Shown: positions 47,765 to 60,800 of the stretch, one piece after another
Position numbering within the stretch: the stretch's first letter is position 1
How the letters are laid out: the number at the start of each line of letters is the position of its first letter
Assembly (NCBI RefSeq): GCF_964204645.1
Contig: NC_134036.1
Location: 9,775,859-9,839,858 of the forward strand
Source of the DNA: Tubulanus polymorphus
Lineage: Eukaryota > Animalia > Nemertea
DNA: 64,000 nucleotides
Reading direction: 5' to 3'
The notes under the pieces: model-generated
What the model saw: the letters and a program-made list of their open reading frames with translations, nothing else
Database searches by the model: none
Told to the model about the DNA's origin: nothing
Program-made: the position numbers and the translations under genes

Positions 47765-48515
47765 TCAACGCCCCCTGGTGACCATATACGAAAACCAATG
47801 ACCTTGAAACTTACCACATTCATAGAATATGTCAGCAGCTACAATTTTGTAATTGATTGTGATAACAAAATATGCCTCGTTACGGATTTAATATGGAAAT
47901 ACTAAGTTGTTCTACTATTCAACGCCTCCTGGTGACCATATGCAAAACCCAATGACCTTGAAACTAACCACAATCATAGAACATGTCATGAACTACAACT
48001 TTCTAATTGATCATGGTAACAAAATATGCCTAGGTACCAATCTAATAAGGAAATACTAAGTTATTCTACTATTCAACACCCCCTGGTGACCATATAGAAT
48101 AACTAATATCCTTAAAACTCACCACAATCATAGATGATGTCATGAGCTACAACTTTGCAATTGGTCATGGTAACAAAATATACCTAGCTACCAATATAAT
48201 AAGGAAACACTAAGTTATTTGACTATTCATCACCCCCTGGTGACCATATAGAATAACTAATGTCCTTAAAACTCACTACAATCAGATGATGTCATGCGCT
48301 ACAACTTTGCAATTGATTGTGGTAACAAAATATGCAATGGCTCAAATATAATATACAAATACTAAGTTATTTATTATTCAACGCCCCCGGTGGCCATATA
48401 CAAAAACCAATGACCTTGAAGCTCGCCGAAATCATAGAACACGTTATGAGCTACAACTTTCCAATTGATTGTAGTAACACAATATGCTTAGGTATGAATA
48501 TAATGTGGAAAAACT
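47765..48515. repeat. Tandem array, ~154-bp unit x5 (internal repeat of the HINE/DINE-like family)
   Basis: CAACGCCCCCTGGTGACCATAT recurs at ~47766, 47920, 48074, 48228 and 48378. Monomers also occur inverted at ~18455-18620 and ~38210-38400. Confidence 0.9.
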
Positions 48516-49894
48516 TTTTCCCATCTACGAATGAGCACTGATGACACCAAGATGGCCGCCAATTGCGTCATAATTGGCTGATCAAAAATACCTGTCTCAA
48601 GTATAAATCATCCCTTTGCAAAGAATACCCATCACAAATTGCAATGAAAAATGGCAAACCAGTAGGAAGCTACAGGACTCCGAATTCTGGCCAAAATTGA
48701 CATTTTTGGGCACTAAAAAGGTCATAGGACGGCCATCTTGAGTCCGATCGACCCAATTTTTCTTAAGCTGATGGGCCCTTGGGGGTTTCAAATATATTCG
48801 AAAGATCAAGGTAATTGATCAAAGCGTCTTCAAAATTTCCCTCAAAAAGTTCAATAAAAGACCAATGGTCTTGTGGCTCACCTGACCATTAACTAATTAA
48901 TAAGCAGTTAGGTCTAAAAATGGATTAGACACTGGATGGTCTTATTGCAAGGGCCGGTGGCAAGAGAGGAAGAGGAAAATCCATATACACATTGCCTTTC
49001 AAACCTTCAAAGGAGCGATCAAAATCAAATGGCAACTCTGTTTCAATAATCATATTTATTTTCAGATAATAATATTCATATCAAAAGTAACGATAGGAGC
49101 TAGGCCTATCATCATATCAGAAGTTTTGTCTTACAATATTAGTTGAAACGTGTTTTTCCAAAACAAGAGATCCACGGATCTTTATATCTCGGGCGCAATA
49201 AGTCAAATGAAAAAATTGTGGGACCATTTAGTCGTTGAATTAATCAGATGTGGGACCAATAGAGGATATCTACCCAGCAGGCATCTGACCGATATCCGAC
49301 GTTGTCTTTTGGTTGACATTTAGTTTTGTCATGATGTTACTAGATTACAACGTGGTCGTGACGTCGTATTTTTCCAATCATTTTTTTTGTTGCATTTTGA
49401 CAAAAAAACAACCTTTAAGACGTCGTATCAACGTCATATGTCCAACACACGAGTAATATTGACAATTTGATTTTTCTTAATGAATAGCAGTGTCAAGACA
49501 GTGCTTCGCGTGCAGCTATTTAAAAAAGAACTTCAAATTAAAATTTCATGATTAAGGGATTCGAACTAACGCGCACCGCGTACATGACGTCATCAATGCG
49601 GCTCTGGTGATTTGCTTCTAACGTAATCCCGCGCCGTAGTCAATGCAGAACAGAAACAGTGTCTTGACGTTTTATTTCATTCTTTTCTGTTAATCACTTC
49701 TAGAACTTAAGGTAAGATGCCTTTAATGTTATTTAGAATGTTACATTCCAATCACAGAATAACCAGAGAAGCCAAATGAGTGTATTTTATTAGGCCTTAG
49801 ACCCACATTCATTGCCAATTTTGTTCGCCGTCCAATTTACCAATCATCGTATACTAACTAGGCCTACGTACAGTCCAGAGGCCTAATATCATTC

Positions 49895-50440
<546 letters not shown>

Positions 50441-50613
50441 AATCATTCTTCCTTGTTTCGGCTACAAATCGTAAGAATAGAAGGCTAATACTAATAGTCC
50501 TAACCCTTTACCCCAATATCCCAGGTAACATATATACAACAGACTGATTGCTGTGGTGGTTGATTACTGTTTGTCAGTGTCATGCTCTCCAACTCCAGTC
50601 TGTGGCACCACCG

Positions 50614-51051
50614 GAGGGTCTCGTATCAGAGTTTGGGGTACAGCTAAAATGATAATCCGTAAAAATCCAGTGCCAATAGTATACACAATAAGAAGGGAGC
50701 TAATGTAGCTCACATACGGCGAAGTTCATTAATAATCGGATAAATCTTGTTTGCAAAGTTGGATAATTGTGTGGATGAACCAAATAACACTAACAGCGTA
50801 ATTGTGGAAATTTAGGCTTTTCTGCGTTCAGAAAGCCCTGGATCGTCAAAATCAGTGAAGGATTTCTTGTCGAACTTAATGTTTCAAATTTTGAAATCGA
50901 CAAAAAGCTGGCGTCAAAACAATTTGGCGATCGAAGTTGAGTACATAGTGTGTGAGCGTCGTTAGCCCCCTTGTTATTTTATATATATTATTGATACTGG
51001 ATTTTACAGATTATCGTTTTAGCATTACCCTTACTCTGATACGAGCCCCTG
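50614..51051. mobile_element. Nested MITE, hAT-like ends, TSD not recognisable
   Basis: GAGGGTCTCGTATCAGAGT versus ACTCTGATACGAGCCCCTG. Confidence 0.6.
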
Positions 51052-51401
51052 TGCGCGCGACACTTTCCATCCGGTCTGTAATTTTGTGATAATCACCTTA
51101 TCCACAGGCCTACCTCATCAGAATAACTATTGCTTTCAGATTTGAATACAAATTTATTTGAAATCTGTCTTTGTTTATCGATAAATGTTAACTCGGCATT
51201 AGCGTGATGCTTAAAATGGCTCGCTGTTTTGAAACCTCGAGTGGATCAATAGAGCGCTTGCACTGGGTTTGCTCCACTCGCGGCTTTAAAATAGTGGCCC
51301 ATTATAAGTATTGTGGTTTTGTATTGGGATATGTGTACTCCCAAAATATTGCAGGAAAAAACATCTCCCAAACATTGCAGATATCGTTTATCATATAGGT
51401 T

Positions 51402-53365
51402 ATGGATAACTATAAAAGGAAATGGCGTAAACGTCGTGCAGACCTTGAGAAATTAGTCAATACTAACATTGAAGATGAGTTAATCCTGACTGATGATAAT
51501 CATTCATTAAATGAACCTTCTGAAGATCAGAATTCTGATAACGAAGTTATACCAGATGTCGATGCTCTTGGTTCAGCAGAAGAAAACAATATTTTTTATG
51601 AATCTTTTAGTGATTCTAACTCTGACAGTTCTAATAATAGTAGTGATAATGTCCTTTCATCCAGTGAATCTGAAAATAACCAAGAAGTAGAACTAAGACA
51701 TGAGCTTGCCAAGTGGGTGTGTGAAGAGAGAGTTTCTCGGGCAAGTTGTGACAGATTGCTTGCTATTCTCAGAAGACATGGCCACGATCATGAACTTCCG
51801 AAAGACGCCAGAAAATTACTACAAAGTCCTGTCAAATTATCATCTATCGAAAAGTGTGGCGGAAGTTATTTATATATTGGTTTGAAAAAGTCAATATTGA
51901 ACCTATTAGACAAGTGCAATAGGCAGTATTCTAAACGAAATTTTATTGAACTAATGTTAAATATTGATGGCTTGCCACTTTTTAAATCTGGTGGGACTCA
52001 GCTGTGGCCTATATTATGTTGTTTTTTCCCTCAGCCATCAGGCGTTAATCCTGCGGTTGTTGCTGTTTACTGTAGTTCCACGAAGCCATCCTCAGTCGAA
52101 GAATTTTTAGAGGACTTATTGGATGAATATCAGGATATCAAAATCAATGGTATTTTATATTCAGGAAAGCACTTCAGTGTTTCAATCAAAGTCTTTATAT
52201 GTGATGCCCCTGCAAGGAGTTTCATAAAATGTACAATTGGGCATACTGGGTATTATGCATGTGAAAGATGCATTGCGAAGGGTCAGAATATTGAAAGAAG
52301 GGTTGTTTTCCTCAGTGACAGACAAATGCCCTCACGTTCAGATGAGGATTTTAATACACTTGCATACATGGGTACACATCAACGAGGCGTATCACCACTT
52401 ATTGGTACTGGGATATCATGTGTTAACAATTTTTCGTTAGATTACATGCATCTAGTTTGCTTGGGAGTTGTACGGCGCGTATTGCTATTTCTAACAAAAG
52501 GACCACGGATCTGTAAACTCTCCATTCAACAGATTAAAATGGTTTCTGATGGATTGTTAGAATTGAAAGGTAGAATGCCTTCTGAATTTGCAAGACAGCC
52601 AAGAAGTCTAAGTGAATTGAAAAGGTGGAAAGCCACTGAGTTAAGACAGTTCTTGATATACACAGGTCCAGTAGTTCTTAAGAGAGTTTTGTCGCAAAAG
52701 GCTTACATACATTTTATGTCACTTTCTATTGCTATATATATAATGCTAGATGAAAATGATGAAAAACGAACTGTGTACCTAGATTATGCGCGCCAGCTTT
52801 TGGAATTCTTCGTGAGCAATTCCAAAATACATTATGGTAATTACTTCACTGTTTTCAATGTGCATATGTTAATTCATCTACATGAGGATGTTGAATATTT
52901 CGGAACGTCATTACATGCAGTTTCAGCATTTCCCTTTGAAAACTATCTACACACATTGAAGAAATTAGTTAAAATTTAAATAATCCAGCCATTCAGGTTG
53001 CAAAAAGGCTAAAGGAACAAGAGCAATCAACTGCCTCAATGAACAACGAAAAACATGTGACAGTTCATTCCAATTCTGAAAAAAATTCCTGTTTTTTATT
53101 ATATAACGGAGACATTGCATTTATCAAAGAGGTCAGAGGTCAAGCCAATTTTATATGTGATATTTTGAAGAAACAGTATACAAGGAATTTCTTCACAAAA
53201 CCCTGCGAATCAAAATTATTAGGGATTGTATACATTCTACAATTAGAAAGAATCCCCTTAAATAGGAGGAAGTTGGAAAAAACCGACTTTTTGCGCAAAA
53301 TGGTGTTTCTGCCTTACAGAGATGGACATGTTCTTATACCGCTTCTTCAAGATGTTTCGTTTTAA
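51402..53365 (+). pseudogene. EnSpm/CACTA-type DDE transposase (~654 aa) with one frameshift near 52975
   Basis: NIDGLPLFKS..LWPIL, ICDAPARSF..GHTGYYACERC, LDYMHLVCLGV, WKATELRQF and SAFPFENYL. After TAA 52977-52979 the protein continues in the -1 frame (NNPAIQVAKRLKE) into ORF 53039-53365. Confidence 0.92.
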
Positions 53366-53588
53366 CATATTCCCAGGTAGAGACTCATTTTGCTGTCTGA
53401 TTTAAGACCACTGGGTTAATTATCATTAATTGGACTGAATGCTATTAAGTAATACTAGCCCATGATGGCACTTAATAATTATTTGACAGCATTATTGTGA
53501 TATTATTGCTCGTGGATAGGTATAGGCTAGTAATTAATCTACAATTTTTTGCAGTATTCATTGCTAGTTTCATTAGTCAGTCTGAAGA

Positions 53589-56500
53589 ATGGATAGACAA
53601 TGGGCACGAGTAGTATGGAAAGAGAACGATACCGAATATGAAGATACAGTACCGCATTGTTGGATTAACGAAGGCCGACTCAAATGGCCACCTGGAGTAG
53701 ATGCCTCGAAGTCCCTGTCGTACATGGTGCCACCTGGTACTAATTGGCACTCATTTGATTTAATTAAAGTAAAGCGTGTTTCAGGTAGGCCTATGTGAAG
53801 AATTTTTAAGTCCATGCATGATACTACAGTAATTTTTGCTTGATACCTTTAGTTTGAAAATGTGTACTTACCTCTGAATTTATGTCTTGATTCTAGATTT
53901 AAACACGAATTATGGGAATTTTTTGAATACATATTTTTTATGAACCTTCTTATCATATCATTCAGATCATAAAAATGTGTTGATACTTTTCTATTTCAGT
54001 TGATCGTAACGCATGTAATAACTGCACTGATACAGAGGTTACTACTGAGGAGGAAGAAAAAACAAATTCTGGGCGAGTTTCAAAAAAGAGGAAGATGACA
54101 GATTTTTTATCAGGTTAATTTTTAATCCATTTTTAGTGCAGCTTTTGCATTCTCTTATCATCTCAGTTAAATTTTGCTTGAATATTGGTATCCCAAAATA
54201 TCATCGTAAGAAAAATTGTGCTGATTATGTTTTGGGTTTGCAGTGGTCCTAAGTTTCCAGAAAATCTATCATTTTTGGGCATTGATATATAATTCCATAT
54301 AGAATTAAATTGTTCCCGGCATTAAAATACTACCATTCATCAAAGCCTATGTTTTCCAGTTTTTACAACTCTTTGTTGTCTTATATAGCATTCAATGTGT
54401 TTATTCAATTGTGCAGCCTCCTAATTCATACTTTTTACAATTAGATTTAGATACAGATGTTGATGAGGAAACCATGGATGATCATAGCAGTGAAAGTCAG
54501 CTAAAAAGTTTGAAGGGTATATCCATCATTATTAAAGTTGGCCAGAGTTTTTTTTAGGTTTTAACTATGGACTCAAACTATTAAGTTTTTATCTATTTAA
54601 GGATACAAGCCATTACCATTAGTTCCAAAAAAGGTTTCATCATATAATCTTCAGCACACCATTACAAAAGATGCACTGACGCAGAATTGTCGCAATTCAT
54701 CAAAAATATCGACAAAGCCTGATAAATTAAACACACCTGAGCGGGATACCATTTCCCCTGCACGATTTTCATCTAATGTCTCACAAGATTCGTATTTGCC
54801 CAGTCATTCTAACTTCTGTTTACCCGATGCGATAGTTCCTTCACATAATTCTGGTCGTTTGCGTACTAAATCGATGGATTCTCATTCACCCTACGCGATA
54901 GTTCGTTCACATTCTCCTGATCGTTTGCGTACCAAATCGATGTCACGTTTCGATTCTCATTCACCCGATGCGATAGTTCGTTCACATTCTCCTGATCGTT
55001 TGCGTACCAAATCGATGTCACGTTTCGATTCTCATTCACCCGATGCGATAGTTCGTTCACATTCTCCTGATCGTTTGCGTACCAAATCGATGTCACGTTT
55101 CGATTCTCATTCACCCGATGCGATAGTTCGTTCACATTCTCCTGATCGTTTGCGTACCAAATCGATGTCACGTTTCGATTCTCATTCACCCGATGCGATA
55201 GTTCGTTCACATTCTCCTGATCGTTTGCGTACCAAATCGATGTCACGTTTCGATTCTCATTCACCCGATGCGATAGTTCGTTCACATTCTCCTGATCGTT
55301 TGCGTACCAAATCGATGTCACGTTTCGATTCTCATTCACCCGATGCGATAGTTCGTTCACATTCTCCTGATCGTTTGCGTACCGAATCGATGTCACGTTT
55401 CGATTCTCATTCACCCGATGCGATAGTTCGTTCACATTCTCCTGATCGTTTGCGTACCAAATCGATGTCACGTTTCGATTCTCATTCACCCGATGCGATA
55501 GTTCGTTCACATTCTCCTGATCGTTTGCGTACCAAATCGATGTCACGTTTCGATTCTCATTCACCCGATGCGATAGTTCGTTCACATTCTCCTGATCGTT
55601 TGCGTGCCAAATCGTTCCGATTCTTGTCCACCTGATTCTTGTTTGTATTACCGTGATCGGTCGCATAATAAATTAGAGCAACATTCCGATTCTACTTCAT
55701 CAGATGAGATTGTGCGTTCATTTTATCCGGATCAACGCCAATTTTCAAGGAGTTCCTCCGGTCATAAGAGGCCATCTTCTGCTCAATTGACATTGCAGTC
55801 AACAATGGATGGATTGAGAAATACAGGATTTCCTTTAACGGAGGAAAGTAAGTAATAACATGCTGCATTAATGTTATCCTCTTAGTCTCCATTTACTTCA
55901 TATAATCTTGTTACAAAATTAGGTGTTCACATCTTCAACAAAGATTTATAACATTTCAGTCAGATATTAAATATTAATTTTTTCCAGGATTCCAAAAGAA
56001 GGTACTCTTTGTCCTGTCGGACATAGCGAAAAATGTGAAGGAGCTTTCAAGGCAGAAAGATATCCAGGATCTCGATTTAGATTGTATAAGTGGATATAAG
56101 GAGTTCATGGATATGGAGAATTATATTGCTAATGATGAGCAGAGACTACTTTTGGTATGTACCAGGCCACAATGTATTCTATCAGTTAAAACCATGATCT
56201 CGAAGTTATTTAGAACAAAATTATTCTCAGGTCAACAAGAAACAGCCCACAAATTAACTGTGATGTATCCTCCAAAATAAAAACTCCAATCAATTTTATA
56301 TTTTCATAGATGTTAATATTTTTCTTTATTCTTAAGGTACAACGATTACAGAGGATTGGTGGTGAAAGTGTCAATGAGAGTGTTTTGAGAGCCATGCAAA
56401 GGTGATATATCCATTCTTCAAAAGACATTGACAGTAACTAAAACACAGTGAAATTGAAATTACAATTGGGATACACATACCAGTTCCCTATTGAATGCTG

Positions 56501-57861
56501 TCCTTATACTGTTTGAGCTCATATTATACCACGTTTCTTGACCAAATTCCAAATTTGTTGAAAAAATCATTTAATAAATATCACTCTTGGATACCGCTTC
56601 TTGTACCTATTTAAAGAATTTTGGGCTTTGTTTTTTCTGTAATATAAAACTGATAGTATTTTATGGTGTCATAGTATGTGTATGATTTATGCCACAATGT
56701 GTTTTTTTGTTTTGTTTTAAAGAATTATGACGAATGAAGTCATGGCAAAATTTAATATGAAGGGAACAAGAGGAAAGGTCGCTTTTGAAAACACAAATAT
56801 TTGCAGAGCAATCAGAGGTACTTAACCAACTCCATTTTAGGACTATAGCGTTTACTTTTTCGTCCGTCTGTCTGTAGATGGAGTCCAGTTATTTTTGCAA
56901 ATTTTGAAGCCCAAAAATAACTGGCCCGTTTAGATTCAAATTGTTTGACTAGCGCTTATTGATATATGCCAAAATCTACATCTTTTTACACATTATTGAA
57001 GTTTTCGAGAACACATTTTGAAGAAGTTTTACAATACTAGGGTTTGTAGCTTCTTGTTTATTTGTTTATATTAAAATTTTGTTTAGGGCGCAAAGAAGGG
57101 TCCGTCTAAACTAGTAGTCAGTTTTCTTATGATTCAACTGTAATATGGAGTGGAACCTCATTATAACGAACTCGGATATAACAAATATAGAATTTCGTCC
57201 CAAGCAAGACAATTTGATTGATTTCATACTGGAAATAACGAACAGATTTTCTGGTTCCTTGAAGTTCGCTGTAAAGAGGTTCCACTGTATTTGGAATTTT
57301 ATTTCACAAATAAAACGACTAAGGTCGAAAAGTATTTTTTGAGGACAATTTCTATAATCTTGACTTCGATTTTGAAATATTGTTAGCACTGTTAGACACG
57401 GGTTTTTTTGGGCTGATTGCCTTATAGTTTTCTCACCACCAGGGGCGTTAATATTGAGAAATAACAAGTTTGTGATTTAGACCGGTAGTTATTTACATTT
57501 TGTGACCATAATGAATTGAAAAATTGTAAAGTTGTACTTTGCTGATGGTTTTTCATTCATAGTGGAAAATATGCATATTTTGCAATGACAATGTTGTTTC
57601 TTATGACATGATCTCTCTATCATAATTAAGAACCCCCACTTGTCAATTATTATTACTTCATCAGTTGAATATGTCAAAGTCTAGAGTTTGATAAGAATTT
57701 TGCTAATACGTGTAATTTTTTCTCATGTTTCAGAATGCGTTATGAAAAGATTCGATACTTCAGAAGCGGCCGTAATGAAATGTATTGGGAATACCCTGAA
57801 GTATGCACCCGATCGCAAGGGCGGTGGGGGACGGAAACAACCGATCAATCGAGATGAATAA
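53589..57861 (+). CDS. Transposon second gene, DUF4806/BEN-like C-terminal domain, 8 exons, frameshift near 55615
   Basis: Exons ~53589-53784, 54000-54113, 54445-54516, 54602-55847, 55988-56154, 56337-56401, 56723-56817 and 57734-57861. N-terminal VPHCWI..WPP; C-terminal IGGESV..IMTNEVMAKFNMKGTRGKVAF..LKYAPDRKGGGGRK. Confidence 0.75.
54878..55612 (+). repeat. Coding minisatellite, 75-bp unit x ~10 (DSHSPDAIVRSHSPDRLRTKSMSRF)
   Basis: Near-identical units, visible in the DNA and in ORF 54796-55635. Confidence 0.97.
57148..57287. mobile_element. Tc1/mariner (pogo/Tigger-like) MITE in an intron of the transposon second gene
   Basis: AGTGGAACCTCATTATAACGAAC ... GTTCGCTGTAAAGAGGTTCCACTG followed by TA. 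Confidence 0.7.
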
Positions 57862-60800
57862 ATTGATGAACTGTTATATTAAAGGATGCTTTTGGATGAT
57901 TTTAATTTCATTCATTTAAAGATCACTTTCCAATCGGGTGAATGAGAATCGGATCTTGATGTAATTTGATCATTCATGTACATGTATTTGATGTATTTCT
58001 TGTATGTTTGTTTTTTAGCTCCGCTGTGACGGAAGGTCAGTCGTTGTCCATTTTAATGTTTTTACTGTTATTAATACTAAGGTCCTAAAGTTTCCCCTCA
58101 CTTTTTGGATGAAGTTGACCAACACAGCGGAGCTATTCCAATCAAAAGGCTACTTGTATTCATAAACATTCTGTTTTTCGCACGTATACAACACATTCAT
58201 CCGATTGTGTTAATGTTTATTGTATATGTAGCCCACCAGGATGTCAAGAGCAAGTGGGTCGATTTTAATCAAGATAGCCATCTTGTGACCCTTTTTTATG
58301 TTGAAAATAGGTAATTTTTTTATCTCAATTCCAAGATTTGTAGCTTGTTAACTGTTTTCTTAAATGAATCAAAATTTGATATGGTGTAAAGAGAGATGGG
58401 TTCATTTAGATTTGTAATGGGTTTTCATATCAGTTAAGCATAACACATTTGGGGCCATCTTAAATTTCAGCACTTGTTATGCCTATAGGAAAAGTATGTA
58501 TGGACAAAAATGTTAATAGTCTATAAATTTAAAAGGTCCTCATGTTTCTATAATTGTGTGGCATCCGACATTTTAGAAAATTTCTTCCGTTTTTCCAATA
58601 TTTTTTGTACACTTCCCGGAGAAGTGATTCATCGAACAGGATGGTGTACCTAGGCACACCGAGGGACCCCCACCCTCTGCAATTCTATATTGCTTGAAAT
58701 GTTTTTTGGAAAGAGATACCTTTCTGGAGTTGCGATATACCCCCTCCCCATCTATTTAAGTATTTTCTGGATTCAAAATTTCAATCAAGAAATTTCCGAA
58801 TTACGATGGATTTAGCCAAAATCATCAAAAATATTTTCTGGAAATTTCAGGCATTCGTTTTAGCAGTAATGTCGGATCACACCAAAAATTATTGAAAAGA
58901 AAATCTTTATTGTCATGTATTGTTATTATTGTCAAATTGACATTCTCACTGTTTGTTTTGTTGATGATAATATAATTAAGTTACCAATTGTATATTAAAC
59001 TTAATCTCTTGAGTGGTTAATTATTAAGGCAAGAAACACTAGCTGACCATTCAAATTGTGTGTATAATTCTTACGTTCCATATATTTGAATGGGGAGGTT
59101 GGCTTTTGAATGTATACATTTAATTTGAGTGGTCATTTAATTTTACAAAAGGATTTTTTGATTTTCTACCCTTCGTTCAAATCATGACCAACTGACGACC
59201 TAAATCTGACCTGATAACGACATAAATCCGACGTTATTTTAACCAACGTTGTCACAACGTTTGTTATTGACATTAAGAAGACTTCCATTTTCAACCTGTT
59301 TCCCAACCAAAAACCAACGTCAGAGATGTTAAGTTTTGACGTCTTTACAACGTTATACAGACGTTGAAATGCCCACTGGGCTACTAGTTATTCAGTTTCT
59401 CTGTGAGTTCACCAAACAAATGAAATAGGCCTATGTCTAATAGTCTAGAGAACAAGATCTGGAGCATCAACGATGTGTTCAAAATGAAACAATTCATGGA
59501 ATATACACTACTCCTTAAACAGTCGCTAGAATGATTGGCAGTTGTTTGGAAGGCAGCCAATTTCCTGGAAACTTAAAACTAGGCCACGCGTCTGAGGCAC
59601 GTTTTCACACAATGCATACTGACTACAGTACAGCGAGATCAGCTAACTGCAGGGAGCATTTATTTTACATCAATTTAACGATGTACAACAGCCTTCAAGA
59701 CGATTTATGAAACAAAGTGCTCCTTGGAATTTTCTTAAAAATCGCCACAAATTGGTCGATTTCTCTTAAATGAACGCGACATTCAAAATTCCATTTCCAA
59801 CAGATTTTAGCCGCATGATCAAGGTACATGTTGCACATGAGCATAGTAGATTGCATGATTTTGGGTCAAAGTTACAACCTCATTTGTTAGCAAAAATTCG
59901 ATTTTTGGACCCATTACAACATCTCGGGCTTTGCCCGAGATAAAAACAACGGCAATTTGCTTCGATTTTGGTATATTTTCGATTATTTCACAAAAACGCG
60001 AGTTCAGAATTATATGAAATTTTCAGAACGTAAAATAGATACTATATGACATCTCCGTTGAAAAAATCAGATTTCAGGACCATGTAGATAAAAAGTGTGC
60101 CACCCGTTTTACTGAAATTTTTCGCGATAGGCAAATGAATTGGAAGCATGACGTCATCAGCTAGTGATAGCAAAAGCGAACCATAGGTTCGCTGAAAATG
60201 TGTAAAAAGTGTTGATTTTGGCGAACAACAATGCCTGCCAGTCGGCCATCTTGAATCAGACAGGGCCAGTTTTTGGGCTGAAGTGTCTAGGTTAGATATG
60301 TATAAACCAAATATCAAGACATTACCTTGAACTCTTTATTCGTATTATGGTTTTTGAAGATGTAAGGTAATTCAAAAATCAGAATTCGGTTAGTAGCTAA
60401 GATGATTTATATTTTGTTCAAGTGATTCTTGTCTTAGATTTTAGAATGATTTTCAATTTATAGCACTTAGTACTTTCTTTTAGATGGCCTAAAACTTCGC
60501 GTGATTGTAATGTAACTCACCATTCTAACCGCTGATTCTTCCTACACTTTATTCTATAGAATTATTTGTAGGACGGGAGAAAAATGTAGGTTTGAATGAT
60601 GGAAGTTCTGGAAGCTAAACTATTCAGTGTCTGTTCCTGCTTTCGTTTTTGGCTATTTAGAAAGATAATTGACGTACCCCCAAAATGGGGAAAACAGGAA
60701 GGTGGGAATGATCCAACGACTGACAATCAAACTAGACCTATAGGCTAGAAATAGAATGCAATATTTGTGACGGTAATAACTTTTCTTGACAGTAGAATCT

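Noticed and set aside
54866-55666. 266-aa antisense ORF (YANDQENVNELSHRVNENRNVTSIW repeats)
   Set aside because: It is open only because the 75-bp unit lacks a stop in that frame; the sense frame is the one linked to spliced exons.
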